64,000 bases of DNA from Candidatus Uhrbacteria bacterium. GTDB lineage: Bacteria > Patescibacteriota > Patescibacteriia > UBA9934. The notes beneath the pieces were generated by a model. That model was not told the origin of the DNA, ran no database searches, and was given only the letters and a program-made list of their open reading frames with translations. This document shows, one piece after another, positions 49,572-58,653 of the stretch (positions within the stretch are counted from its first letter, which is position 1; the number at the start of each line of letters is the position of its first letter). The stretch is from the NCBI GenBank assembly GCA_943354605.1, contig CALRCK010000002.1:71186-135185 (forward strand). Direction: 5' to 3'. The position numbers were made by a program, and so were the translations under genes.

Positions 49572-51371
49572 TTAGAAAAGCGAACAGGCAGTATCTTGCG
49601 CAACACCATTACAACAAAACGGCGCCGTTGTTGTTGTTCCGCATGAACCGCCTGATGCGTCGGGGCCCTCTCCAGGGACAAAGCAATTTTGATACTCATT
49701 TCGCACGCCTTCGTTTGCTGTCACGCTGTACATGTAGGACAACGGAACCGTTGCATCCGAAGCTAAAAACGTTCCATGGGAAATGGTAACCAGGGTTTTT
49801 GCCGGCACCTGAGAATCCACAAGCACTTCATCGCCCTCAGATGTTAACGATGTTGCGCCGAACGAATACCACATTTCATGACTATCCCCGCTCGTCATTT
49901 CCTTATTCGTCATGACAATGTTGGACGAATTTGCGGTGGATGAATCCAGCAACGAGTCAAAGGTGATTTGTACCGACTGATCAAGATCGACATTCTCTTC
50001 CTCAATGTTTGGTGTGATGCTCTCGATTGCCGGCGCGTCAAGATTGATGTCGTTGGTGGTGGTAAAGCCCCACGTGTAGTCGTCGTCCGTTCCAACGGAT
50101 CCATCGCTATTGCCGTCGAGCGAATTTCCGGAAGTGTCCACAATGCCATCGTATGGGAAAATAGACGCCGTCGGATCTGTTGTGCTGGTTGGCGTCGCTG
50201 AATACACCGTGGCAGTAATCGATTCCCCGCCAGGCAAACAGTATATTGTCTCACCGCACGAATTCGTGCCGCACGCGTCGGTTGATGTGAACGTCACGGT
50301 TTTGTACGAATTGCTGATGACATATTCTCCGGCAACAGGAGCCGTAGACGACGTGCCGACAATTTGGATATTTGAGAATCCGCTGTCGCTCTCACGCGTT
50401 CCCGTGGCTGACGTTGGATCCACCGCTTCGCTAAAAATCGCTTGAACAACAATGTTTCGGTCCTTTGTGGTGCCGTCGGTTGGAATGACGTATTGCACCG
50501 TCGGTGGCGTGATATCAACGGTTGTCCCGGTGGTGAAGTACCAAAGATACCCACCCGAATCGATTGGAGTATCACCATCAGTATTCTTGATGGAATCACT
50601 CAAATATACGGCGTATGTAACGTCTTCTGTCGCCGAACCAAGATACTCGGTTGGATCGAACACAAAGGTCTTGAGGTCATCTGTAAACGTCACCGCAACA
50701 TCGGTGAGCGCCGCCGAGTCACCATCCGCACGAACATAAATCTTTACGTTCTCGCTATTGATTGCCGTGGCCGTTGTGTCGTCGGAAACGTCGCTCGGCG
50801 TACTATTCGTATCGTATCCAGTAATAAACGATGAAATATCCATTGCGTCACGGAAGGTCACAAATATTCGCGTGTTGCGAGAAATGTCTGTTGCGCCACG
50901 AGCGGGATAATGATCACGGATCACTCCAGAGCCCAGAGAATTGGAAAGCGATTCAACCGAAACGCTTCCCGAAGAGCTCCCAGAACCGGATCCACCGGTC
51001 GCATCAGTAAGTAAATTGATAACGAACACGGAAATCGCGTATGCGGACATGGTGATGAGCAAACCAACGACGGCATTGATCAAAATCCCTTTCGCCTTAT
51101 CAACCTTCTTCCCATCACCACCAGCCGTCATCCAAATTGCACCCGCGTAGACCAAGAGAATCAAAAAGACAACACCAAGAATACTCAGGAACACATTGAT
51201 GATGCGGCCGATAATTGTTGTGAGACTGTCGGTGCCCAAACCCGCCGTTGATCCAACCGAAGAAAGATTGCTGTCTGCAGCAAAAACAAGGAGCGGTACT
51301 CCAATGAACGCACCAACCGCGGCAAGCATGGCGCCGCGCTTGAGGACCTTGAGCACAGTGGGAGAAATCAT
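49572..51371 (-). CDS. Pilin-domain protein with Ig-like (Big_5-type) domains
   Basis: YAGAIWMTAGG..VDKAKGILINAVVGL; repeated P..GATD..RN..I.VTF units. Confidence 0.85.
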   Translation of the reverse strand: MISPTVLKVLKRGAMLAAVGAFIGVPLLVFAADSNLSSVGSTAGLGTDSLTTIIGRIINVFLSILGVVFLILLVYAGAIWMTAGGDGKKVDKAKGILINAVVGLLITMSAYAISVFVINLLTDATGGSGSGSSSGSVSVESLSNSLGSGVIRDHYPARGATDISRNTRIFVTFRDAMDISSFITGYDTNSTPSDVSDDTTATAINSENVKIYVRADGDSAALTDVAVTFTDDLKTFVFDPTEYLGSATEDVTYAVYLSDSIKNTDGDTPIDSGGYLWYFTTGTTVDITPPTVQYVIPTDGTTKDRNIVVQAIFSEAVDPTSATGTRESDSGFSNIQIVGTSSTAPVAGEYVISNSYKTVTFTSTDACGTNSCGETIYCLPGGESITATVYSATPTSTTDPTASIFPYDGIVDTSGNSLDGNSDGSVGTDDDYTWGFTTTNDINLDAPAIESITPNIEEENVDLDQSVQITFDSLLDSSTANSSNIVMTNKEMTSGDSHEMWYSFGATSLTSEGDEVLVDSQVPAKTLVTISHGTFLASDATVPLSYMYSVTANEGVRNEYQNCFVPGEGPDASGGSCGTTTTAPFCCNGVAQDTACSLF

Positions 51372-51403
51372 GCGCACAGTATACCGCACTCGAACGAACA
51401 CCT

Positions 51404-52498
51404 TTATTTTTTTGCTGGGGAAAAAATGTGTGCAATAGCGTCGCGAAGGTGTTCAAGTCCTTCGCCAGTTTTTGCAGAAACCGCGATCATTCCCTCTTCC
51501 ATAGGGAAAGATCCTTGATGCCATGCGTCAATTTTGTTGAACACACGAAGAACAGGCGTGTCGGTAACGCCAAGTTTTTTCAAAATATCGTCTACAACCG
51601 CAATTTTTTCCTCGCGTTTGTCGTCTGCGGCGTCGATGACATGCAGAAGAAGATCGGCGCCAATCGCCTCCGAAAGTGTTGAGCGAAACGACGCCAAAAG
51701 TTCAGGAGGAAGCCCCTGAATAAACCCGATCGTATCGGAAAGTAAGGCCGTTCCTTCGAGCGCCGGCAGATACATCGTGCCAACACGGGTATCGAGGGTG
51801 GCAAACAGCGCGTTTGCGGCGTATTCCTTGCGCTTCGTGAGCGCGTTTAACAACGAGGTCTTCCCCGCGTTTGTGTAGCCAACCAACGCCACCGTGCGCT
51901 GGCGCATTTTGTCTCGTCGTTCACGCTGCCGGTCGCGAACGCCTTGATACGTTTCAAGCTTCTTCATGATGGCGCGCTCTTGCTCCTTCAAATGCCGCTT
52001 CATCGCCTCCGTGTTCCCCTCTCCGCTTCCGCCGCGTGTTCCGGTTCCGCCGCGCTGACGGCCAAGCTGTTCACCCATGTCGTAAATCCGCGGGCCCATG
52101 TGCCGGATTCGCGCTAACTCGATCTCGAGCTTCGCCTCCGTTGTTTTTGCGTGCTTATCAAAAATGTTCAAAATCAAGTCTGTTCTATCCCACACTCTCA
52201 TCTTTGCCGGCTTCAGCTCCTCCTCCAAGTGAAAAATCTGACTCGGTTTAAGCACGTGATTGACGACGAGGAGCGTTGCACCAAGCGCCTTGGCATCGGC
52301 GAGAATCTCCTCAACTTTTCCCTTGCCGATGAATGTTCGGCCGTCAGGCTTCTCTTTTCGCTGAATGTTCTTGACCACTACGGCCCCACCGTACGTTCGC
52401 ACAAGCTCCTCCAGTTCCTCCATTCGATCCGAAGCCTCCCGCGCACTGGCGCGGAAGTGTATGAGGTCGGCGAGAATGGTTTTTTGTGGGGTGGCCAT
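51404..52498 (-). CDS. hflX: GTPase HflX
   Basis: VGYTNAGKTSLLNAL, LFATLD, DTIGFI, NKID. Confidence 0.96.
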   Translation of the reverse strand: MATPQKTILADLIHFRASAREASDRMEELEELVRTYGGAVVVKNIQRKEKPDGRTFIGKGKVEEILADAKALGATLLVVNHVLKPSQIFHLEEELKPAKMRVWDRTDLILNIFDKHAKTTEAKLEIELARIRHMGPRIYDMGEQLGRQRGGTGTRGGSGEGNTEAMKRHLKEQERAIMKKLETYQGVRDRQRERRDKMRQRTVALVGYTNAGKTSLLNALTKRKEYAANALFATLDTRVGTMYLPALEGTALLSDTIGFIQGLPPELLASFRSTLSEAIGADLLLHVIDAADDKREEKIAVVDDILKKLGVTDTPVLRVFNKIDAWHQGSFPMEEGMIAVSAKTGEGLEHLRDAIAHIFSPAKK

Positions 52499-52513
52499 GA
52501 CGCGAAGCGAATA

Positions 52514-52644
52514 ATCAACGGGTGGCGCCGAGGGAGGTCCCCGTACGGAGCGCAACGAGCGCCGCACGTACTCAATGCTTACACAAAGGGTTCGTGCGCG
52601 AGCTGAGCACCGTAACGGGGTCCGAGGCGACAGGACCCGTTGAT
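52514..52644. repeat. Second type of ~130-bp palindrome
   Basis: atcaacgggt / acccgttgat ends; inner ccccgtacgg / ccgtaacgggg stems. Confidence 0.55.
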
Positions 52645-52663
52645 GAGTGAGAGGAGCGAGAGT

Positions 52664-52690
52664 CTGGATCCCCGCCTACGCGGGGATGAC
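52664..52690. repeat. Short REP-like hairpin
   Basis: ctggatccccgcctacgcggggatgac. Confidence 0.75.
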
Positions 52691-52698
52691 TCAAGTAC

Positions 52699-53145
52699 TT
52701 ACTTCTTGAGAATTTTATCCACGGCTGCCTTAATGCGCGAGCCGTCGGCGTACTCCTTCAAATCTGCCATAAGCGCACCCATTGCCTTGCCCACGGATGC
52801 CATATCGGTAATGCCGAGATCGGCGAGCTTCGCGCGAACCTTTTCTTCAAGCTCACCGTCGGTCATTTGTGCTGGCAGATACTTTTCGAGAATCGCAATT
52901 TCCGCCTTTGCCTTTTCCGCCAAATCTTCGCGAGCCGCACTTGCAAACGACTCAAGGCTATCCTTCAGCTTCTTGAGGTCGCTCTTAATCGTCGCAACCA
53001 CATCGGCGTCGTCCAGTTCCTTTCCAAGATCAATCGCCTTGTTTTTGATGGACGAAATCAGCATGCGCACCGTGTCGAGCGTTGCAGAATCCTTGTTCTT
53101 CATTGCGGCCTTCATGTCCTCACGGATCTGTTCGTAGAGAGTCAT
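52699..53145 (-). CDS. yqeY: GatB/YqeY domain protein
   Basis: DMKAAMKNKD, EIAILEKYLPAQM; follows rpsU. Confidence 0.9.
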   Translation of the reverse strand: MTLYEQIREDMKAAMKNKDSATLDTVRMLISSIKNKAIDLGKELDDADVVATIKSDLKKLKDSLESFASAAREDLAEKAKAEIAILEKYLPAQMTDGELEEKVRAKLADLGITDMASVGKAMGALMADLKEYADGSRIKAAVDKILKK

Positions 53146-53214
53146 ATGAAAACGATTGTAGCCTAAAAAGGCAAAAACAAAAACGTCTCCGAGAATTCAG
53201 AGACGTTTTTGATG

Positions 53215-53466
53215 TTATCGACGAGTTGGCTTGCGGAGGTCCTCTTCCTTAATCTTTCCGGTTTTCAGAAGATATTCACGCTTTGCACCCTTTTCAAGAC
53301 TGCGAAGTTTGCTCTCCTTTACCTTATTTGGCTTTGCTTTCTTTGCAAAGTATCGGCCGGCGCGGACGTCGAGGACTTTTCCGCTTTGCTGCTGACGGCG
53401 GCTAAAACGGCGGAATACCGCCTCAAAGCTCTCGCCTTTCTTTCGTTTGACTTCAATATCAGACAT
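53215..53466 (-). CDS. rpsU: 30S ribosomal protein S21
   Basis: EVKRKKGESFEAVFRRFSR; synteny with yqeY. Confidence 0.8.
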   Translation of the reverse strand: MSDIEVKRKKGESFEAVFRRFSRRQQQSGKVLDVRAGRYFAKKAKPNKVKESKLRSLEKGAKREYLLKTGKIKEEDLRKPTRR

Positions 53467-53530
53467 AGTTTTTCACTCCTCTCAGAGATGCGGAGGATGA
53501 TAGCAGATGGAACAGAAATGGGCAAATGTA

Positions 53531-53785
53531 TTAATAGACGTCGTCATGATTCCCCGCTTGTCGGATAACAACGCACTGGTCTTCGAGAGTAAAGATTATG
53601 CGATAGCTCTGTGTTACCGAACAAGAGAAAAACGCCGACAATGAACCGCGAAGTCGATGCGTTCGCAAGGCAGGCTGGAAAGGATCCTGCTCCAGCATAA
53701 AAAGACAATCTGCAATGCGGCCCTGAAGATCTGAAGAGCACCGTTTTACTGATCGTAAAAACCCGGGCATCAAAACGACCTTCAT
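53531..53785 (-). CDS. RelE/YafQ-like type II toxin
   Basis: DPFQPALRTHRLRG..SCSVTQSYRIIF..GNHDDVY. Confidence 0.8.
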   Translation of the reverse strand: MKVVLMPGFLRSVKRCSSDLQGRIADCLFMLEQDPFQPALRTHRLRGSLSAFFSCSVTQSYRIIFTLEDQCVVIRQAGNHDDVY

Positions 53786-53788
53786 ACA

Positions 53789-54004
53789 TTATCGGACTGT
53801 CTTCAAAAAATCCTCTTTAGAAGTAAACAGAATTGTATGCTCTTTCCCCAAAAGCATGCGCTTTTCATCTCGCGCAATACTCCGAGCAAGCATCCAATCC
53901 CGTATGGTTTGCAACAAAACTCTGAGTAAAACCAAAAATCCTGGCTTGCGAGCAAACCCTGGAGCGTCGGGAGAAGACTCCAAAGAAAATATTTTTGTAT
54001 TCAT
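53789..54004 (-). CDS. Small ORF, possible antitoxin
   Basis: Immediately upstream of the toxin; C-terminal FTSKEDFLK resembles antitoxin tails. Confidence 0.4.
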   Translation of the reverse strand: MNTKIFSLESSPDAPGFARKPGFLVLLRVLLQTIRDWMLARSIARDEKRMLLGKEHTILFTSKEDFLKTVR

Positions 54005-54031
54005 ACACAAAAAGTATAGCAAGCTCGTAAT

Positions 54032-54107
54032 AAAACGCGAAGAGACCCTCGACCGGCATGCCGATCGAGGGTCTCCGTTGGCCGGCGCTGCGTACGCCTG
54101 CCCGTGC
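54032..54107 (-). terminator. Conserved 3' module of high-GC gene
   Basis: ggcg-TACGCAG-cgcc, then gagaccctcga..tcgagggtctc, then ttcgcgtttt. Confidence 0.65.
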
Positions 54108-54158
54108 TGTCTACCGACCGAACACCGAACCTTGACTCGAACCGCTGACCGATCCCCG

Positions 54159-55607
54159 CTACGGGATCGTGACGACGCCGTCGCCGCCGTTCATGACGCC
54201 GTCGCCGTCGGTGTCGTACTCGGAGTCGGTGGTCGAGCTGAGCACGGACACGCCGCCGATCGTGAAGACCGACGTGTGCACCGTACCGCCCGACATCCAA
54301 CCCCAGTACTCGACGCCCGTCGTGCTGTCGATGCAGTCCAGGTTGGCCTTGAGGCTGTGCCCCGAGACCGCCCCGAACGCCGACGTGCAGACCTCGCCGG
54401 TCCCGGTGGCGTACACGTACGGCCACCAGGTCGGGTCGTCGGGCGTGTACGGGTACACCGTCATGTCCGAGAGGAACAGGCTGCAGGTGTCGGTGCTCTG
54501 CACACCTTCCGCGCAGATCTCGCTGCTCGAGCTCGGCGTCATGTCCGCCGTGCCGTCGCAGTCCTCGTCCACCGCGTTGTCGAGGATCTCGGCCGCCCCG
54601 GGGTTGATGCCGGAGTTGCCGTCGTCGCAGTCGGTGTCGTCGGCCACGAATCCCGAGGGCGCACCGTCGCACGTGGTCTCCCACGTGGCCGGATCGCCGT
54701 AGGTGTCGCTGTCCGCGTCCGCGTACCACGCGTCGAACGTGAGCCCGTCGTCGATGCCACCCGCGCAGTCGTTGTCCGCGCCGTCGCACACCTCGGGGTT
54801 GCCCGGGAAGGCGGCGGCGTTGCCGTCGTCGCAATCCGTGCTGTCGCCGACGTAGCCGAGGGGCTGGTCGCACGCGATGTCGCTGGTGGCGGCGGACCCG
54901 TAGGTGTCGCCGTCGCCGTCGAGGTACCACGTGCTCTGGCCGCTCACGCTGCTGTCGGCGTCGTCCGCGCTGCCGTCGCAGTCCTCGTCCACGTCTGCCG
55001 CGTCGCACACCTCGGTCGCGCCGGGGTTGACCGCGACGTTGGTATCGTCGCAATCGGTGCTGTCGGTGACGTAGCCGCTGGGCTGGCTGCACGCCGTGGA
55101 GGTCGCCGAGGCGTCCCCGTAGGTGTCGCCGTCGGCGTCCGCGAAGTAGGTGGTGCTGCCGCCGGACTCGTCCACGGAGCCGTCGCAGTTGTTGTCCACC
55201 GTGTCGCACACCTCGGCTGCGTCCGGGTTGATGCTCGCGCCGGTCGTCGCGTCGTCGTTGCAGTCCATCCCGATCTCGCTGTCCGCGCTGATCTGGATGT
55301 AGTGCTTCGGGCCGCCGCTGAGGGTGAGGTTCACGCAGATGTAGTCCGCGTACCCCGACGAGTTGTCCGCGTAGATGTCGGTCCAGTCCGACGGCTCGAT
55401 AGCGAAGCCGTCCTGGTCGTCGTCGAGCGCGAACACGGCGCTGACACCGTCGGAGGTGCAGACCGAGAGGTCGCTGCCGCTGACGCGCTTCGTCGAAGCG
55501 GTGGCCATGATGCCGTACTTCGAGTTGATGGCGGAACCGGACTGCGTGGAGCAGCCGGTGGTGAGGATGATGCCGAGGCCGGTGAGGGCGATGAGGGAGG
55601 TGCGCAT
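54159..55607 (-). CDS. High-GC lipoprotein with tandem metal-binding-motif (MopE-related) repeats
   Basis: LTTGC lipobox; DCDD..NPGAxEVCD..DxDCDG repeats; SD GGAG. Confidence 0.85.
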   Translation of the reverse strand: MRTSLIALTGLGIILTTGCSTQSGSAINSKYGIMATASTKRVSGSDLSVCTSDGVSAVFALDDDQDGFAIEPSDWTDIYADNSSGYADYICVNLTLSGGPKHYIQISADSEIGMDCNDDATTGASINPDAAEVCDTVDNNCDGSVDESGGSTTYFADADGDTYGDASATSTACSQPSGYVTDSTDCDDTNVAVNPGATEVCDAADVDEDCDGSADDADSSVSGQSTWYLDGDGDTYGSAATSDIACDQPLGYVGDSTDCDDGNAAAFPGNPEVCDGADNDCAGGIDDGLTFDAWYADADSDTYGDPATWETTCDGAPSGFVADDTDCDDGNSGINPGAAEILDNAVDEDCDGTADMTPSSSSEICAEGVQSTDTCSLFLSDMTVYPYTPDDPTWWPYVYATGTGEVCTSAFGAVSGHSLKANLDCIDSTTGVEYWGWMSGGTVHTSVFTIGGVSVLSSTTDSEYDTDGDGVMNGGDGVVTIP

Positions 55608-55770
55608 TGTCTGGAACTCCGTTCCTTTTTGAGGTCAACTGGCACGGCGCTCCCAAGGGGCAACACCGTTCGGTTATCCATCGGAAAGAGCGGGGTGCGC
55701 TTCCTCTGGGCCTAATGCTGCAAAAATGGCTAGCATTCGCGCAGGATTCGGGCCAGAGGAAGGAGGGGTG

Positions 55771-55799
55771 AGATTATCCGATTTTCTGCAAAACGTCAA
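55771..55799 (-). promoter_or_regulatory. Putative sigma70 promoter
   Basis: TTGACG-17-TAATCT. Confidence 0.55.
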
Positions 55800-55860
55800 G
55801 GCTTTTTGCTTGTGGCGAACAAAAAAGTGGCCAATATTAGCCACTTTCTTGTTTTTCATT

Positions 55861-57204
55861 TTACGCCTGCTTTTCTGCAACGTCCTTCAGTCGCTTCGCA
55901 ATGATTCCCACTACCTTTTCCACATCCACAATTTCCTGAGCGCCAGATTCCATGTCGCGAATGATAATTGTGCCATCAAGAACCTCCTTCTGGCCGAGAA
56001 TCACCGCAACTGGGGCCTTCAACTTATCGGCAATTTCGAGCTGCGCCTTCAGCGTGCCTTTCCCAAACGCCTCCCCCACCATAATGCCGCCTTCGCGGAA
56101 CTTCTCATACACGGCAAGGCCTTTTCGGCGGGCTCCTTCGCCAAGCTGGCAGAAGAACACATCAATCTTTTCGCGACGTGGCGGCATCGCATTCGCCGCC
56201 TTCATGGCAAGTACCATGCGTTCCACACCCATCGCCGCCCCCATCGCGCTCGTGTTCTCACGTCCACCGAGCATCGGAATCAACCCGTCGTATCGTCCGC
56301 CACCACCAAGCGCCAAGCCTTCAAGCTCTGGCGACGGTGCATTGTTCAGGACAATTTCAAATGTCGTTTTTGTGTAGTAATCCAATCCACGAACCAAACA
56401 TGGGTTTAATGCGTACGGCACTTCGGTCTCGTCCAAATATTCCAACACCTTCATGAAGTGCTGCTTGGATGCTTCGTCGAGATAATCAAAAATCTGCGGC
56501 GCATTCGCCTTCAACTCCTCCATTCCCGGTTCCTTCGAGTCGAGCAAACGCAATGGGTTCTTGGTGAGGCGCTTCAAATCCGTTTCCGACAACGCTTTCT
56601 TGTGCTGCTTGAAATATTTTACGAGCTCGGCAATGTAGTCCTTGCGCGATGCTGGTGTTCCAAGCGAGTTGATCTGCACAATAACGTCGAGGCCGAGATC
56701 GCGGCAGAACCGTTGCGCCATGAGAATAATCTGCGCATCAACCACAGGATCGTCGGAACCAATCGCTTCAATGCCCCACTGGTAGAACTGGCGGTATCGG
56801 CCAGCCTGCGGGCGCTCATGACGGAAAAATGGCTCGAAGTACCACAGTTTGACTGGCTGCGACTGATTCACCATGCCGTGCTCAATGTATGCACGAGCAA
56901 CTTGCGCCGTGCCCTCTGGACGCAACGTCATTTTGACGCCACCTTGATCCACGAACGTGAACATTTCCTTTTCCACGATATCTGTATCTTTTCCAACGGA
57001 TCGCTCGAACAGCGCCGTCTGTTCCAACACTGGCATACGAATGCGACCAAAGCCGTAGGCCTGGGTCATGCCGCGTGCCAACGACTCAATCTTTTCCCAC
57101 GCAGCCTGTTCGTCGGCTAACACGTCACGAAATCCACGGAGCGTTTCTGGTGTTTTCGATTTCTTTTTTACGTCTGCTGCTGGTGCTGCTTTTTCGGTTG
57201 GCAT
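55861..57204 (-). CDS. hisS: Histidine--tRNA ligase
   Basis: LRPEGTA, FRHERPQAGRYRQF, LVRGLDYY, GGGRYDGL. Confidence 0.98.
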   Translation of the reverse strand: MPTEKAAPAADVKKKSKTPETLRGFRDVLADEQAAWEKIESLARGMTQAYGFGRIRMPVLEQTALFERSVGKDTDIVEKEMFTFVDQGGVKMTLRPEGTAQVARAYIEHGMVNQSQPVKLWYFEPFFRHERPQAGRYRQFYQWGIEAIGSDDPVVDAQIILMAQRFCRDLGLDVIVQINSLGTPASRKDYIAELVKYFKQHKKALSETDLKRLTKNPLRLLDSKEPGMEELKANAPQIFDYLDEASKQHFMKVLEYLDETEVPYALNPCLVRGLDYYTKTTFEIVLNNAPSPELEGLALGGGGRYDGLIPMLGGRENTSAMGAAMGVERMVLAMKAANAMPPRREKIDVFFCQLGEGARRKGLAVYEKFREGGIMVGEAFGKGTLKAQLEIADKLKAPVAVILGQKEVLDGTIIIRDMESGAQEIVDVEKVVGIIAKRLKDVAEKQA

Positions 57205-57231
57205 AGGGAGAAAAATTTGGAGATCACGATC

Positions 57232-57846
57232 TTACTCGGAATAGGTTGGAACGGCAAACGTTGCAGCACGGTCGAGCGGCAGACCCCGGACCCACACACG
57301 TCCGACCAAATTTTCCCTTGGAACAGCTCCGAAGTAGCGAGAATCGAGGCTCGCATCACGATTATCGCCCATCACATAGTATTCATCCGGTCCAAGCGTG
57401 CGACGATCTCGACCCTCTGTCACTTCGCTAATATACGACTCCGTTAAGGCGAAACCGTTTGGAACGTCATTATTGTAAATAGTAATCACGCCATTGCGGA
57501 TCTCCACCGTTTCTCCTGGAAGCCCAATGACACGTTTAATGTAGTACTGATCCGTATGCTGCGGCGGACGGAACACAACGATTTCGCCGCGCTCTGGATT
57601 ACGGAAGTGAAAGGTCAACTCGTCGATGATGAGGTACTCGCTGTCGTAAAAATTCGGCTCCATGGAGGCACCCTTCACAATGAACGGCTGAATGAGGAAA
57701 TATCGCACCGGCAAAATAATCGCCAGCGCCAACACAGCAATCTGCACGATTTCCACGATAAACAGCGCGAACGCCCCAAGCGTTGGTCCAAACCACTTCA
57801 TGAACTTGTGTTCCTCCGCACCAGCGTTTTTGCGTGAAAACAGCAT
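57232..57846 (-). CDS. lepB: Signal peptidase I
   Basis: GASMEP, YIKRVIGLPGE, GDNRDASLDSRYFG. Confidence 0.96.
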   Translation of the reverse strand: MLFSRKNAGAEEHKFMKWFGPTLGAFALFIVEIVQIAVLALAIILPVRYFLIQPFIVKGASMEPNFYDSEYLIIDELTFHFRNPERGEIVVFRPPQHTDQYYIKRVIGLPGETVEIRNGVITIYNNDVPNGFALTESYISEVTEGRDRRTLGPDEYYVMGDNRDASLDSRYFGAVPRENLVGRVWVRGLPLDRAATFAVPTYSE

Positions 57847-57908
57847 AGTAGTGAGCACGATAGCACAGAAGCTGGAATCAAAAAAGAACCGAACGAGTCG
57901 GTTCTTTT

Positions 57909-57984
57909 TGGTAGCTGGGGCGGGAATCGAACCCGCGACAACAGGCTTATGAGTCCTGCGCTCTACCAACTGAGCTACCCAGCC
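57909..57984 (-). tRNA. tRNA with CAT anticodon (elongator Met or Ile2; not initiator)
   Basis: Cloverleaf with CCA; lacks the initiator C1:A72 mismatch and the three G-C anticodon-stem pairs. Confidence 0.9.
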
Positions 57985-58091
57985 ACACCTGTAACGTGGA
58001 GGAGGATATCAAAAAACCTGGGGCATCGCAAGAACAGAGTCTCTGGCTATAAAACAAAAAGGAACCGATAAATTCGGCCCCTCTTCTTCCT

Positions 58092-58373
58092 CTACGCAAC
58101 TCGTTGTTCCAAGATCAGCAGTCGAGATTCATGATTATCGATCTGTGGGAGAATCTCGTTCCCAACGATATCCGCGACGCCTTCCAAAATCTCGTCCCTT
58201 ACCTCGTGCATCATTTTCGTCATCCTGGATTCCGAAGCAGCAATACAGGAACGAATCTCATCACGAATTTCATGTTTAAAGTCCGAGAACCGAATATCGA
58301 GTCTCTTGTCCCATTCACGATTATTTTCTGTAAACATTTCACGTAACACCTGAATATCTTTTTTGCTGAGCAT
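58092..58373 (-). CDS. Small helical/coiled-coil hypothetical protein
   Basis: MLSKKDIQVLREMF...IDNHESRLLILE. Confidence 0.6.
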   Translation of the reverse strand: MLSKKDIQVLREMFTENNREWDKRLDIRFSDFKHEIRDEIRSCIAASESRMTKMMHEVRDEILEGVADIVGNEILPQIDNHESRLLILEQRVA

Positions 58374-58653
58374 AAAACAAAGATATTATACGAACTTCCA
58401 TGATATTCCCGAGATCATGTATCGCAAGAATGAATTCATGCACTGGAGAATATTTCTATACTATCAAAAATATTTGCCCGAAACAAACGGCTGTTATTCA
58501 CATCCAACAACATATGCTCAGCCTCGTCGACTTCGAAATGAAAAAACTCTGATACACCTTTCCTGTATCTTGGAATTCAATCTTTCAAAACGAATCAGTA
58601 GCCAGACGCTTCGATCACAAACGCAAAGAACCGACATGATCGGTTCTTTGTGT

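Noticed and set aside
53856-55715. Long alternative-frame ORFs (e.g. 53856-55715 +, 54001-55656 -, 11639-13243 +, 16772-17890 +)
   Set aside because: Shadow ORFs of GC-rich genes: Arg/Val/Ala-rich, with no motifs. The annotated frames carry signal peptides and SD sites.
58380-58650. AT-rich gap with short ORFs (58363-58683 +)
   Set aside because: No recognisable protein, repeat or RNA structure.
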